This document shows, piece by piece, positions 49,523-58,800 of a stretch of DNA of 64,000 bases (the first letter of the stretch is position 1; the number at the start of each line of letters is the position of its first letter). The notes beneath the pieces are model-generated. The model had not been told where the DNA came from, did not search any database, and was given only the letters and a program-made list of their open reading frames with translations. The translations under genes and the position numbers were made by a program. Origin of the DNA: a virus. Its lineage: Duplodnaviria > Caudoviricetes. The stretch is taken from IMG/VR virus record IMGVR_UViG_3300005076_000003, positions 1 through 64,000 of that record; one strand, written 5' to 3'.

Positions 49523-49966
49523 ATGAATGACTTAACATTGCAACAAATGGAAAAACTTGGTCTATCTAAGTGGATGAATGAAAAAGAGCGAGAGAAGGTT
49601 ATTGAAAAAGCTCTTGAAGAGCAAAAGGAGTTGATTGCTAATGACTCACACAAAGAGGTATTTGATGCTTTACGAACAACAGATGAAATCTTAGTACAAG
49701 GTGGTTTGTTTACTTGGAAATTGGGAGATCGTACTGTACGTTGTTCTGTATTAACACCACAAGATATGCAGTTACTAGATAATATTAGTAATGATGTAGA
49801 ACAAGGTGTTGAATATAAAGAGTTACCAATTAAATACCGCTACCATGTAAAGACTGCTTTAGGGAATTATTTATTTATTAAAGCAAAATCTTATGATGAA
49901 GCTAAGAAAGTTGTTGACAGCATACTCGGTACAGGGTTATACTCGCCATCAGCAGGCAATATTTAA
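49523..49966 (+). CDS. Hypothetical protein
   Basis: ORF with RBS after a promoter-like region. Confidence 0.6.
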   Translation: MNDLTLQQMEKLGLSKWMNEKEREKVIEKALEEQKELIANDSHKEVFDALRTTDEILVQGGLFTWKLGDRTVRCSVLTPQDMQLLDNISNDVEQGVEYKELPIKYRYHVKTALGNYLFIKAKSYDEAKKVVDSILGTGLYSPSAGNI

Positions 49967-50005
49967 TTAGTGCATTAAATTAATATTTAAATTAGGAGAA
50001 ACAAA

Positions 50006-50872
50006 ATGAAATACAAAGTTGGTGATAAAGTTAAGATTGTTTCACTACAGAGTGTAGATCGAGGTTATTGTATGGATGTTGTAGGTGATATCGTGGAGAT
50101 TATTAAATATGATTCATCCGATATTTTGAAATATAAAGTTAAAATCGAAGACGGTGGTCGTTGGTGGTGGGAAGAATCTAACTTAGAATTAATTGAAGAT
50201 GTTAAACCAAATACAATTAAAGAAGAGACAGAGATGAATGCAACAAAGGTAGAAAATACAACACCAAAATTTAAGAAAGGTGACAAGGTTGTTCGTGTAG
50301 GTGACACATTAGCATTAGGTGTTGAGTTGGGTGAAGTGTATACCGTAGACAATCCAAGTAGTCATAGTAGTTCTTACGGGGGTGAATTACATAATCACGT
50401 AACATTAGTAGAAGTCGAAAGTACACCTAGCGACAAATACCTTGAGTTGTATAATCACGTAATATTAGAAGAAGTTGAAAGTATGCCTATTGATAATCAC
50501 CTTGTGTTGTGTATTGAAAAACGCAACTATCGTGAAATGAGTCCAAACGATTTAATTACAATCTCAATTAATGGTGTTGAATCAGAAGTACCTCTAGGAG
50601 ATATTGTTCATGCCGTAGCTATTCTTGGTATTACGAACGGTTATCATGGTGCTCGTATTTGGGATGCTTTACGCAAACCTTTTGACCCTGAAGGTTTTGT
50701 AGGAGATATGGATACAGTAGTTGAGTTTAGAGATAAACAAAAAGAAGCTCTTGAGTATTTCTTTCAACCATGTTATGATAAGCAACAACAAGAGAAAGAT
50801 GAATTGAAAACTCTTATTGCTTCTAAAATGGAAGAAGTAGATTCTTTGGTTAAACAGCTAAATCAGATGTAG
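50006..50872 (+). CDS. Modular protein with two SH3/KOW-like domains
   Basis: KYKVGDKVKI and KFKKGDKVVR repeats; internal duplication with 60-bp period. Confidence 0.6.
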   Translation: MKYKVGDKVKIVSLQSVDRGYCMDVVGDIVEIIKYDSSDILKYKVKIEDGGRWWWEESNLELIEDVKPNTIKEETEMNATKVENTTPKFKKGDKVVRVGDTLALGVELGEVYTVDNPSSHSSSYGGELHNHVTLVEVESTPSDKYLELYNHVILEEVESMPIDNHLVLCIEKRNYREMSPNDLITISINGVESEVPLGDIVHAVAILGITNGYHGARIWDALRKPFDPEGFVGDMDTVVEFRDKQKEALEYFFQPCYDKQQQEKDELKTLIASKMEEVDSLVKQLNQM

Positions 50873-50881
50873 GGAATACAA

Positions 50882-51070
50882 ATGCGTACATACAACAAAG
50901 GTAATACACAAAACGTAAAGCAAGCTCGTAAACAGAGTAAAGAATTGCGTAAATTGAAGATGGCTAATGGAAGCACAATCACTTTTATTGGAGAGACTGA
51001 TGAAGCTTTCAAAGGGTTACAACATAGTTATCATTATGAAGATGATTTTGTTTATGAAGGAGATTGGTGA
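50882..51070 (+). CDS. Hypothetical protein
   Basis: ORF in operon. Confidence 0.5.
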   Translation: MRTYNKGNTQNVKQARKQSKELRKLKMANGSTITFIGETDEAFKGLQHSYHYEDDFVYEGDW

Positions 51071-51318
51071 TGAAACAACTACCTGAAACACCAACAGAAG
51101 ATATGTGGGGCGGTACAGCTCGACAATTAGTTAAGTATATGCAGATGAAAGATCGTTATTGTCCTGCTTCATTGAAGAAACACTTTGATCGATTTATTGG
51201 AGAAATTCCTGAGTGGTTAAATGAAGAAGTAAATGATTGGACATCTGAACACGCTTTTGCAACTGCTGATCTTGGTGTGTTTATTTATAAAGCAATGTAT
51301 CACGAATTTAAAAATTAA
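51064..51318 (+). CDS. Hypothetical protein
   Basis: ORF in operon. Confidence 0.55.
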   Translation: MVMKQLPETPTEDMWGGTARQLVKYMQMKDRYCPASLKKHFDRFIGEIPEWLNEEVNDWTSEHAFATADLGVFIYKAMYHEFKN

Positions 51319-51475
51319 CTATTTTAAAAGAAACTTCATTTATGTGTTGTTTCTTTTATTTTATCTTGATATACTTATCACACACAAATGAGATTAGTTA
51401 TGAAAATATTAGAGAATTGTAAGAACTTGGTTAAGTTGTATATTAAGTTATTTAAGCAAAGTTGGAGGTTGTAAG

Positions 51476-51700
51476 ATGATTGATTGGATTCGTATTGAAG
51501 AAAGAACACCTGAACTTGGTGATTACTCTGTACTAATTTGGTTTGAAGATGGTTCTTGGGATATGGTACACGTTGAAGACTGGTTTGGAGATATTACTAA
51601 TGGTCTTGATGAGAACGGTGTACTACAATATACTAAATGGTATCTAAGACAACCTGTAACGCATTGGGCTTACGTTAATACGCCAGAGGATTTATTGTGA
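51476..51700 (+). CDS. DUF551-like protein
   Basis: WIRIEERTPE..VLIW..VTHWA. Confidence 0.7.
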   Translation: MIDWIRIEERTPELGDYSVLIWFEDGSWDMVHVEDWFGDITNGLDENGVLQYTKWYLRQPVTHWAYVNTPEDLL

Positions 51701-51966
51701 ATAATCAATCTTATTTTACAACATCATCTGTACAAACAATGCAAGGGTTACTAGGGCAGCTAGGAGTTAAAGTAGATTACTCTAAGCACAAAGAAGCTAA
51801 TGTTTTAATATTATTAGATACAGGTGTTTATTTATTATCTTCTGTTAATGCACCAGATCGTAGTTGTAAGACGTATTTAAGTGATAAAGATATTGCAATG
51901 CAGGTTGATGTAGTGGATATTATGAAAGTTACCCAACAGAGTGTTTGTTGGTGTGAGTTATACTAA
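51697..51966 (+). CDS. Hypothetical protein
   Basis: ORF coupled to the upstream gene. Confidence 0.5.
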   Translation: MNNQSYFTTSSVQTMQGLLGQLGVKVDYSKHKEANVLILLDTGVYLLSSVNAPDRSCKTYLSDKDIAMQVDVVDIMKVTQQSVCWCELY

Positions 51967-52174
51967 CTACGTATCAAAATTAATTAAAGGAGATTTAAAA
52001 TGACAGTTGTATATGAAAGTAAATATATTACTATTGAGGAAACACCTGCTGGTTGTTTTATTTCAGATGAACGTAGAAACACTACAGTTCAAGTAGGTGA
52101 ACTTGCGGATATTAACGCAATTGTTAACAGTTTAGAACGTCTTAAATCAGAATGGTATAGTGAGGAGAAGTAAA

Positions 52175-52393
52175 ATGAACAGTATTGAAAATCGTTGTGT
52201 GATGTTAGATCAAGAAATTGACGAATTAAAAGCTGAGATTCTTGGTGAGTTTGTTTGTAACGATGAAGAAGATAAGATTGACGAATTAATTGATTTAGCT
52301 ATGATGTTAGGAGAAGCTTATGTTTATCGAGATAACACTGTAACAAAGATTGTTAAACCAGAAGATGTGGCTGAAGCATATAAACAAGATTAA
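52175..52393 (+). CDS. Acidic hypothetical protein
   Basis: GAGGAG RBS before ATG (MNSIE). Confidence 0.55.
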   Translation: MNSIENRCVMLDQEIDELKAEILGEFVCNDEEDKIDELIDLAMMLGEAYVYRDNTVTKIVKPEDVAEAYKQD

Positions 52394-52404
52394 GGAGAAA
52401 GAAG

Positions 52405-52557
52405 TTGAAACAAGTTGTATTATTTGATGCACCAGAGAATATTGATCAGAAAGTGGTTTTCTTAGCGCGAGTATCGAGTGAAAACCAAGACAATCCTAAG
52501 TATGAAGGTTTGATGAACTACCTTATTCGAGAAGGTCATGAAACATATGGTAAATGA
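52405..52557 (+). pseudogene. thyX: N-terminal fragment of a second, divergent thyX allele
   Basis: TTG start with AGGAG; FLARVSSENQDN..LMNYLIREGH; homology ends at the HNH ATG (52538). Confidence 0.85.
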
Positions 52558-53095
52558 AGATTCAGCTTTTGATGAAAAATACAGTATCGACACATTTGGA
52601 AATCTTGTGAACTTAAAAACAGGGAAGTTCTTAAAGTTCAGAAAAGATAAAGACGGATACTTGGTTTGTAATTTACGTATAAACGGAAAGAGGGTTACAA
52701 GATTTCAACATAGGTTATTAGCAATAAAATATCTAGCAAATCCTGAAAATAAAACGCAGGTTAACCATATAAATGGGATAAAACACGATAATAGCTTACA
52801 CAATTTAGAGTGGTCAACGAGAAGTGAGAACATGCTACATTCAACACATGTTCTAGGTAATCCAAAACCCCCAAGTAATAAAGGTAATACTGGCGTAAAA
52901 TCTCCTTTGAGTAGACATATTGTAGGTATAAGTGTTTTAGATGACACATGTTTAATTTTTGCAGGTCAAAAAGATGCTCAACGACAAACCAATTCGCATT
53001 TTAAACAAAGTAATATTTACACAAGCATAAAAACAGGCTGCTCACATAAAGGGTATATCTGGTCATTTTTAGAGGAAGTTGAAGATAATGTTTGA
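52538..53095 (+). mobile_element. HNH homing endonuclease (I-HmuI/NUMOD4-like)
   Basis: HRLLA..QVNHINGIKHDNSLHNLEWSTRSENMLH. Confidence 0.92.
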
Positions 53096-54740
53096 TTTTA
53101 ACAAAGTAAAAGTAATTGGTGTAACACAACCAGTTGTAGATTTTATCCCAGATAGTGAAGGTGTTTTATCTTATGCTGCTCGTGTATCCTCACCAAGTAA
53201 TCAAGAGAATTTCGATACAGCAGGAAAGTTATTAGCTTATTGTGTAAAGCATAAACATTACTCTGTATTTGAAACGTGTTCCTTAACAATGGAGATTGAA
53301 ACACCGCGAGATATTGCACGACAAATCTTACGCCATCGAAGCTTCTCATTCCAAGAGTTTTGTGTAGCTGAAGGGACTAAAATTTCTACTATTGTTGGAG
53401 GCTCTACCAAGAAAGTAAAAATTGAAGATTTATATAAACGCTATAAATCAAACCAGTATTGGGATATGTCAGATAATATGGTTCGAGTATTTGATGAAAA
53501 AACAAGTACCTTAGTTCAAGCAAAGATTAAAGAAGTTTTCAAAACTGGTGTCAAACCTGTGTATAAAATGACATTAGATAATGGTCGAACTATCGAATCT
53601 ACTCTTGAACACAAATTCTTAACTCAAGAAGGGTTTTCTGAACTTGGGGATATTGAAATTGGAGATTTTGTTGGGTGTAATGGTATTCCTGTGTGGCAAA
53701 TGCAACAGTGGTTAGCTGAAGCTAAGTTTGAAGCTATTGAGAACGGAACTGGTTTACAAGGGATTGCCGATAAAGCTGGAACAAGTATACACACAATCCG
53801 TAAGTGGTTGAAGAAACACAACCTACAATTCACTAAGAAACAGGTTGCGGTGTATACTGAAGTTTGGAACAAAGGTTTAGATTCAGAAAAACAACCAATG
53901 TACGGCAAACTTATTTCTGAAGAAACTCGTATGAAAATGCAGGATTCATCTAAGAAAGGTTCTAGCAGCGTACTATTTAAAGGTGGGAATCCTAGAAGCT
54001 TCGGGTTAGAGGTTAGAGATTATTGGTATAAACGGAAAAACAACCTGATTAAAACATTAGGCAGTGTTTGTGCCGTTTCAGGAAAGGAGTGTTCATTTGA
54101 AGAATTAGAGATTGATCATATCAAACCTTTATCAAAGTTTCCTGAACTTGCTTACGAAGCTTCTAATATTCAGTTGTTGTGTAAAGAAGAACATCGTAAA
54201 AAGTCAGCACTTGAATCTTCCAAACGCTTATTAACTGCTAGTTGGCATAAGGTTGTTTCTATTGAGTTTGTTGGTGATAAAGAAACTTATGATATGGAGA
54301 TTGATCACGATTCTCATAATTATGTTGCAAATGGGATTATCACACACAATAGTCAGCGATATGCTCAATCTACAGAGTTTATTAGACGTGAGTGCAGATT
54401 ACAAGACACTAAGAACCGACAAAACAGTTTTGATTGTTTTGATGAAGATACAGCACACGTTTGGAAGGTTATGCAAGAAGAATTGCTAGAGGTTGCTGAA
54501 AAGAACTACCAACACGCTTTATCAATCGGTATCGCTAAAGAAGTTGCTCGAACTCTTTTACCTGAAGGTTTAACAATGAGTAAGATGTATATGCAAGGTT
54601 CTGTACGATCTTGGATTCACTTTATCCAAGTTAGAAATGATTACGGTATTGCCCAAAAGGAAGTGGTTGACGTTGCTCGTAAAGCTAAAGTTGAGTTATT
54701 AAAACACTTCCCTTGTTTAGAAGAAGTTTTAAATAAATAA
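53088..54740 (+). CDS. thyX: Flavin-dependent thymidylate synthase containing an intein
   Basis: AARVS, HYSVFE, RDIARQILRHRSFSFQEF|SQRYA, KEVARTLLP, GSVRSWIHF. Confidence 0.95.
   Translation: MFDFNKVKVIGVTQPVVDFIPDSEGVLSYAARVSSPSNQENFDTAGKLLAYCVKHKHYSVFETCSLTMEIETPRDIARQILRHRSFSFQEFCVAEGTKISTIVGGSTKKVKIEDLYKRYKSNQYWDMSDNMVRVFDEKTSTLVQAKIKEVFKTGVKPVYKMTLDNGRTIESTLEHKFLTQEGFSELGDIEIGDFVGCNGIPVWQMQQWLAEAKFEAIENGTGLQGIADKAGTSIHTIRKWLKKHNLQFTKKQVAVYTEVWNKGLDSEKQPMYGKLISEETRMKMQDSSKKGSSSVLFKGGNPRSFGLEVRDYWYKRKNNLIKTLGSVCAVSGKECSFEELEIDHIKPLSKFPELAYEASNIQLLCKEEHRKKSALESSKRLLTASWHKVVSIEFVGDKETYDMEIDHDSHNYVANGIITHNSQRYAQSTEFIRRECRLQDTKNRQNSFDCFDEDTAHVWKVMQEELLEVAEKNYQHALSIGIAKEVARTLLPEGLTMSKMYMQGSVRSWIHFIQVRNDYGIAQKEVVDVARKAKVELLKHFPCLEEVLNK
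53361..54350 (+). mobile_element. 330-aa intein with HTH, NUMOD3 and HNH endonuclease domains
   Basis: Starts CVAEGT, block B TLEHKFLT, ends YDMEI..NYVANGIITHN before Ser; internal EIDHIKP..NIQLLCKEEH. Confidence 0.95.
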
Positions 54741-54839
54741 CAAATACAACGCAATGACTTAAATAGTTGTTGCGTTTTTATTTTACTTGTTTTATGATTG
54801 GTGTACTTAGAAAGTACGTTTATCAAATAGGAGTTGTAG

Positions 54840-55067
54840 ATGACAACTAAACAATCACAATACATTATCACATACGATGATTTTAATGATGCTTTCTTAT
54901 GTGTTATTGATGGAGAAACAATCTCAGCTAACTTTGTTGGAGAGATATTAAGTTATATTGCTAAGTTGTATGATTATGAACCAAAGATTATTTATTCAGA
55001 GTCGTATTTTGTTACTGTGTTGCAAGATGAGTTAAATATTAACATTAAACTAGAATTTGATTATTGA
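54840..55067 (+). CDS. Hypothetical protein
   Basis: AGGAG RBS. Confidence 0.55.
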   Translation: MTTKQSQYIITYDDFNDAFLCVIDGETISANFVGEILSYIAKLYDYEPKIIYSESYFVTVLQDELNINIKLEFDY

Positions 55068-55077
55068 TAGGTGTATT

Positions 55078-55389
55078 ATGAAACTACATATTGTTCGTAA
55101 GATAACACGGGAAGGTGTTAAAGAGTACGCTATGCAAGGAATGCAGTTCTCAACACGTACATCTAAAGCTTGGGGTTTAGGAGCTTTAAAGAGTGCTTTG
55201 TGGAATGCTATTCACTATCGTAGCTACTTAGAAACAAAAGAGAACGCTATTATGCGTTATTATGACAGAGTGTCAGAAGGTGGCAGATTAAAAGTTGACG
55301 TCTTAGTTGTAGATATTGACAATGTAACAATTGAAGAAACACCTATTTTAGAGTGGTGTATGGCTAATTTAATTAAAGAAGGAAAATGA
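55078..55389 (+). CDS. Hypothetical protein
   Basis: ORF in operon. Confidence 0.5.
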   Translation: MKLHIVRKITREGVKEYAMQGMQFSTRTSKAWGLGALKSALWNAIHYRSYLETKENAIMRYYDRVSEGGRLKVDVLVVDIDNVTIEETPILEWCMANLIKEGK

Positions 55390-55390
55390 A

Positions 55391-55813
55391 ATGACAAACG
55401 TAACAGCAATTGTAGTACCAACGGAGCAAAACCAATCAATCTCAGAATTAACATCCTTGATTCACTGTTTAAATGTTCAAGCCGGTTGGTGGAAAAACTT
55501 AGAGACTGGTGAAGATTTAACATCTAAGTTAGGAGAGAAACCTAAACGTAATATTCCTGAGATGCTTTGTTTAATTCACTCAGAAGTGTCAGAAGCAATG
55601 GAGGGTCATCGTAAGAATCTAATGGATGATAAACTACCTCATCGACCTATGCTTGAAGTAGAGCTTGCTGATGCTGTTATTCGTATCTTAGATATGTGTG
55701 GTGGTCTAGGGTTAGATTTACAAGGAGCTATTTATGAGAAGCTTGCCTACAATGCACAACGAGCAGATCATAAGGTTGAGAATCGCTTAAAAGAGAACGG
55801 TAAGAAGTTTTAA
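55391..55813 (+). CDS. MazG-like NTP pyrophosphohydrolase
   Basis: LIHSEVSEAMEG..EVELADAVIRILD..EKLAYNAQR. Confidence 0.85.
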   Translation: MTNVTAIVVPTEQNQSISELTSLIHCLNVQAGWWKNLETGEDLTSKLGEKPKRNIPEMLCLIHSEVSEAMEGHRKNLMDDKLPHRPMLEVELADAVIRILDMCGGLGLDLQGAIYEKLAYNAQRADHKVENRLKENGKKF

Positions 55814-55826
55814 TCGTAATAACCCC

Positions 55827-55884
55827 AAGCATGTTAGCAATTTTTCATTAATTTGTTGACATGCTTTTTCTATTTGTGTACTAT
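55827..55884 (+). promoter_or_regulatory. Terminator hairpin overlapping a sigma70 promoter
   Basis: AAGCATGTTAGCAA/TTGTTGACATGCTT stem; TTGACA(55856)-17-TACTAT. Confidence 0.65.
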
Positions 55885-55925
55885 GTATTTATCGAAACGA
55901 AAATGTTATCTAAAGGAGATTAACA

Positions 55926-56272
55926 TGAAACAAGTTGATGAAGATATGTTAATTATTAAAGCGATGGTTGGTGATGACTTTGAGAGAATGAATAATCTTA
56001 TTGTTGAGATGCAAAAGTCTTATCAAGATTATTTTAGAAAGTCTCAACAAGAGCTAGTTAATGCAATGTATTCAATGGGTGCTGTTATTGTACACACCAA
56101 CACAAGAAAGAATCAGCACACTTTAAGTTGCGCTTTAAAGAACTTAGAGGACTGTGAAAAATTAATTCCAATTCAAACTAATTGGCTAAAAGATAAAATT
56201 CTTGAAGATTTAAATAAAGTGAAAAACACTTGTGATTGCGATATTTGTACAAAGTATATGTCAAGTCTGTAA
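55926..56272 (+). CDS. Hypothetical protein
   Basis: AGGAG RBS before MKQVDE. Confidence 0.55.
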
Positions 56273-56282
56273 GGAGATATGT

Positions 56283-56493
56283 TATGAAATTTAAAACAAT
56301 TGAGCAATTTTTAATTGGTAAAGAAGCAAAAGCAGACCACCCAATTACTTGTATGAATCCAACAAAAACATTTATAATTGTTGATGTAAGAGTGGAAGAA
56401 ACTACACCATCTTATAAGGTACAAGGTCATAAAGTTTTTGTACGTGGTGAAAACACAATGTGGTTTGGGTATAATACTTGGGAGTTAGTTTAA
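56283..56493 (+). CDS. Hypothetical protein
   Basis: AGGAG RBS before MKFKT. Confidence 0.5.
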
Positions 56494-56768
56494 TGAATAC
56501 TGAACAACTACGTAAAGAAATCAACAAAACAAACGCTTCATTATTCCGTGTATCTTTTGTTAAAGCTAACGGAGAGAATCGTACTATGTTTTGCAAAACT
56601 AAAATCAAACGTCATCTCAGTAAAAAGCCAAACAAGCAAGTTATTAAGAATGCTAACCAAGATATTGTACGTGTGTTTGATTGCCAAAGTAAATCATACA
56701 AAAGTTTTAAGCTATCAAGTGTTACTGAGTTTGTTGGTAATAATAAAGTTTTTGAAATAAGGACATAG
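56478..56768 (+). CDS. WYL_2 (DUF2693)-like protein
   Basis: FRVSFVKANGENRTM..VRVFD....YKSF. Confidence 0.65.
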   Translation: MGVSLMNTEQLRKEINKTNASLFRVSFVKANGENRTMFCKTKIKRHLSKKPNKQVIKNANQDIVRVFDCQSKSYKSFKLSSVTEFVGNNKVFEIRT

Positions 56769-56770
56769 TT

Positions 56771-56980
56771 ATGCAATTAATTAAATTTCAAAACACCAAA
56801 GTTAATCGTAAAGCTTTAACTGAAGCTGGTTATAAAATATATGATCCACACGCAACATTTAATCGAAAATCATGGATTATCATTGGAGATGATGGTATGT
56901 TATATGGTGTTGAAAGAAGAAACTTTGTTGTTGTAACTGCTGAAGAATATTTGGAGAAATTAAATGAAACTACTAACTAA
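56771..56980 (+). CDS. Hypothetical protein
   Basis: ORF in operon. Confidence 0.5.
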   Translation: MQLIKFQNTKVNRKALTEAGYKIYDPHATFNRKSWIIIGDDGMLYGVERRNFVVVTAEEYLEKLNETTN

Positions 56981-57279
56981 ACAACAAGCATTAAAAGCTT
57001 ATCTAACAGGTTATACAATTGTGTACAATGCAAATGGTAAGTTTAAACAAGTTAATCAGAATACACGATTAAATGCTTCAAACGAATATTATGTATTAGG
57101 GTGTTAAGGAGATTTAACATGAGTGATCAATACGATGATGGGTTTTACGATGGACAACAAGAGCGGCAAGCTAATATTGATAAGGCCTTATATTTAATTA
57201 AGAAGTTTAAACAGAACACTTCAGATGATCAAAGGTTGTTCTTAAACGATTTGTTTAATAAAATAGAGGATGTATTAAA

Positions 57280-57525
57280 ATGATTAAATTCAATATGAAT
57301 AAGTATGTATGGTTTGAACCAACAGAGTTAGGTTTGCAAGTATTTGTAGATTATTATAAAGAATTTTCTTTTGATCATAAATTAGAAGTTGTAAACGGTA
57401 AGGCTTGTTTGTAGTTTCATGAGTTTATTCAAATTTATGGCGACTATATTACGTCTTATATTTGTAAAGATAAAGAAGTCTTTAAAAGGTATGAAGTGTG
57501 GATTGATGAGGAGAAGTTGTTATGA
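57280..57525 (+). pseudogene. Hypothetical gene with in-frame TAG at 57412
   Basis: Reading frame continues L*FHEFIQIYG..EEKLL to TGA 57523-57525. Confidence 0.55.
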
Positions 57526-57743
57526 TTGATATGTATTGCCAAGAAGTTGGTGTTGGAGATAAGGTTTTAACTTGGGTTAAGGAGGGTAAAGGTATTGAAC
57601 TTAAGCACGTTGTAATCACTAAAGTAAATCCTAAGACAATTGAGTTTACTTATGATTATGTACCAACAGCTAAATACTACTCACCAAGTACAAATGTAGC
57701 TAAACGTAAGAGTAATCAGATTATGCTGTTACCACCATTTTAA
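57522..57743 (+). CDS. Hypothetical KOW-like protein
   Basis: VGVGDKV; GAGGAG RBS. Confidence 0.55.
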   Translation: MIDMYCQEVGVGDKVLTWVKEGKGIELKHVVITKVNPKTIEFTYDYVPTAKYYSPSTNVAKRKSNQIMLLPPF

Positions 57744-57756
57744 GGGGGATGAAAAT

Positions 57757-57978
57757 ATGATTAAAGATGTAGACGGTAATGACATTAAGTTGCCTTATGG
57801 AACAATTGAATTAGACGTAGATCAAGGGGGTTGGTGTTCCAATTATCGCGTAGACATTACGTGGACAGTTGACTACCATCGTCCTGATTTAGATTTATAT
57901 CGTTATGAGACATGTTCTAGTTTAGAGGAAGCTTTAGATTGGTATAAGAAGCAAGATTTGAAGACAAAAGGTGCTTAA
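57757..57978 (+). CDS. Hypothetical protein
   Basis: ORF with RBS. Confidence 0.5.
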   Translation: MIKDVDGNDIKLPYGTIELDVDQGGWCSNYRVDITWTVDYHRPDLDLYRYETCSSLEEALDWYKKQDLKTKGA

Positions 57979-58058
57979 TTACAAAAGGGATTGACTTTAG
58001 GGTTGATCCCTTTCTTATTTTGTATTACACTTAAATCATAAATTAAAGGAGATGGACT

Positions 58059-58295
58059 ATGAAAGGTAATAAGAAAACATCGCGCTACTTCTCTTGGTTA
58101 TTACGAAGCAAGAGAATTCAGAACGAGTTCAAGGACTGGTTAGTAGACTGTGGATATGATGTGTATGAAGGTAACGGTTTATCATTTAATGAAGTTATTA
58201 AATTTAAATACAAGAAAACAGAGGGTGTGTTGTGGGTGACAGGTTACGCAAATCCTGTGTTTATTATGTTGATGAAGAAATTTAAGGAGAAATGA
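58059..58295 (+). CDS. Hypothetical protein
   Basis: AGGAG RBS. Confidence 0.55.
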   Translation: MKGNKKTSRYFSWLLRSKRIQNEFKDWLVDCGYDVYEGNGLSFNEVIKFKYKKTEGVLWVTGYANPVFIMLMKKFKEK

Positions 58296-58296
58296 A

Positions 58297-58581
58297 ATGA
58301 CTAAAGAATACAAATCAGAGCTTGGTAAACTATACCAATCTAAACGAGAAGAAGCTCCACTAAACAAGATTGTATTTGACATATATAAAATGTTTGAATA
58401 CTATATCGAAGTAGGGGAAACATTACCTATTCAGATTTCAGCGAAAGAATATAAAACCCTCACATCAAGACAAATATTGTGGGTGGTTGATCAACTGAAA
58501 CAAAGAGGTTGTGTTGTTGAATATGCGATTGAGAAACGTCCTAATGGGGATAATAATTTTGTCCTTACTGATTTAGTTTGA
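58297..58581 (+). CDS. Hypothetical protein
   Basis: AGGAG RBS. Confidence 0.55.
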   Translation: MTKEYKSELGKLYQSKREEAPLNKIVFDIYKMFEYYIEVGETLPIQISAKEYKTLTSRQILWVVDQLKQRGCVVEYAIEKRPNGDNNFVLTDLV

Positions 58582-58590
58582 GGGGCGATT

Positions 58591-58785
58591 ATGAATTTTA
58601 TTTGTGATCAATGCGGGAATATTACAGAAGAAGATACATCACAATGCAATTGTTGTGGTTCTTATTGGTTTAGTGATTTTAGTAAAAATGAAGTGGTTTG
58701 CTCTAAATGTGATGTGATTATTCAAGATGGTTGGTCTTGTAAATACTTTGATGGTGATATATACTGCTTACATTGTGATTATTAG
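58591..58785 (+). CDS. Cys-rich multi-Zn-ribbon protein
   Basis: Four CxxC-type motifs in 64 aa. Confidence 0.55.
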   Translation: MNFICDQCGNITEEDTSQCNCCGSYWFSDFSKNEVVCSKCDVIIQDGWSCKYFDGDIYCLHCDY

Positions 58786-58800
58786 TAGGGGTACTATGTT

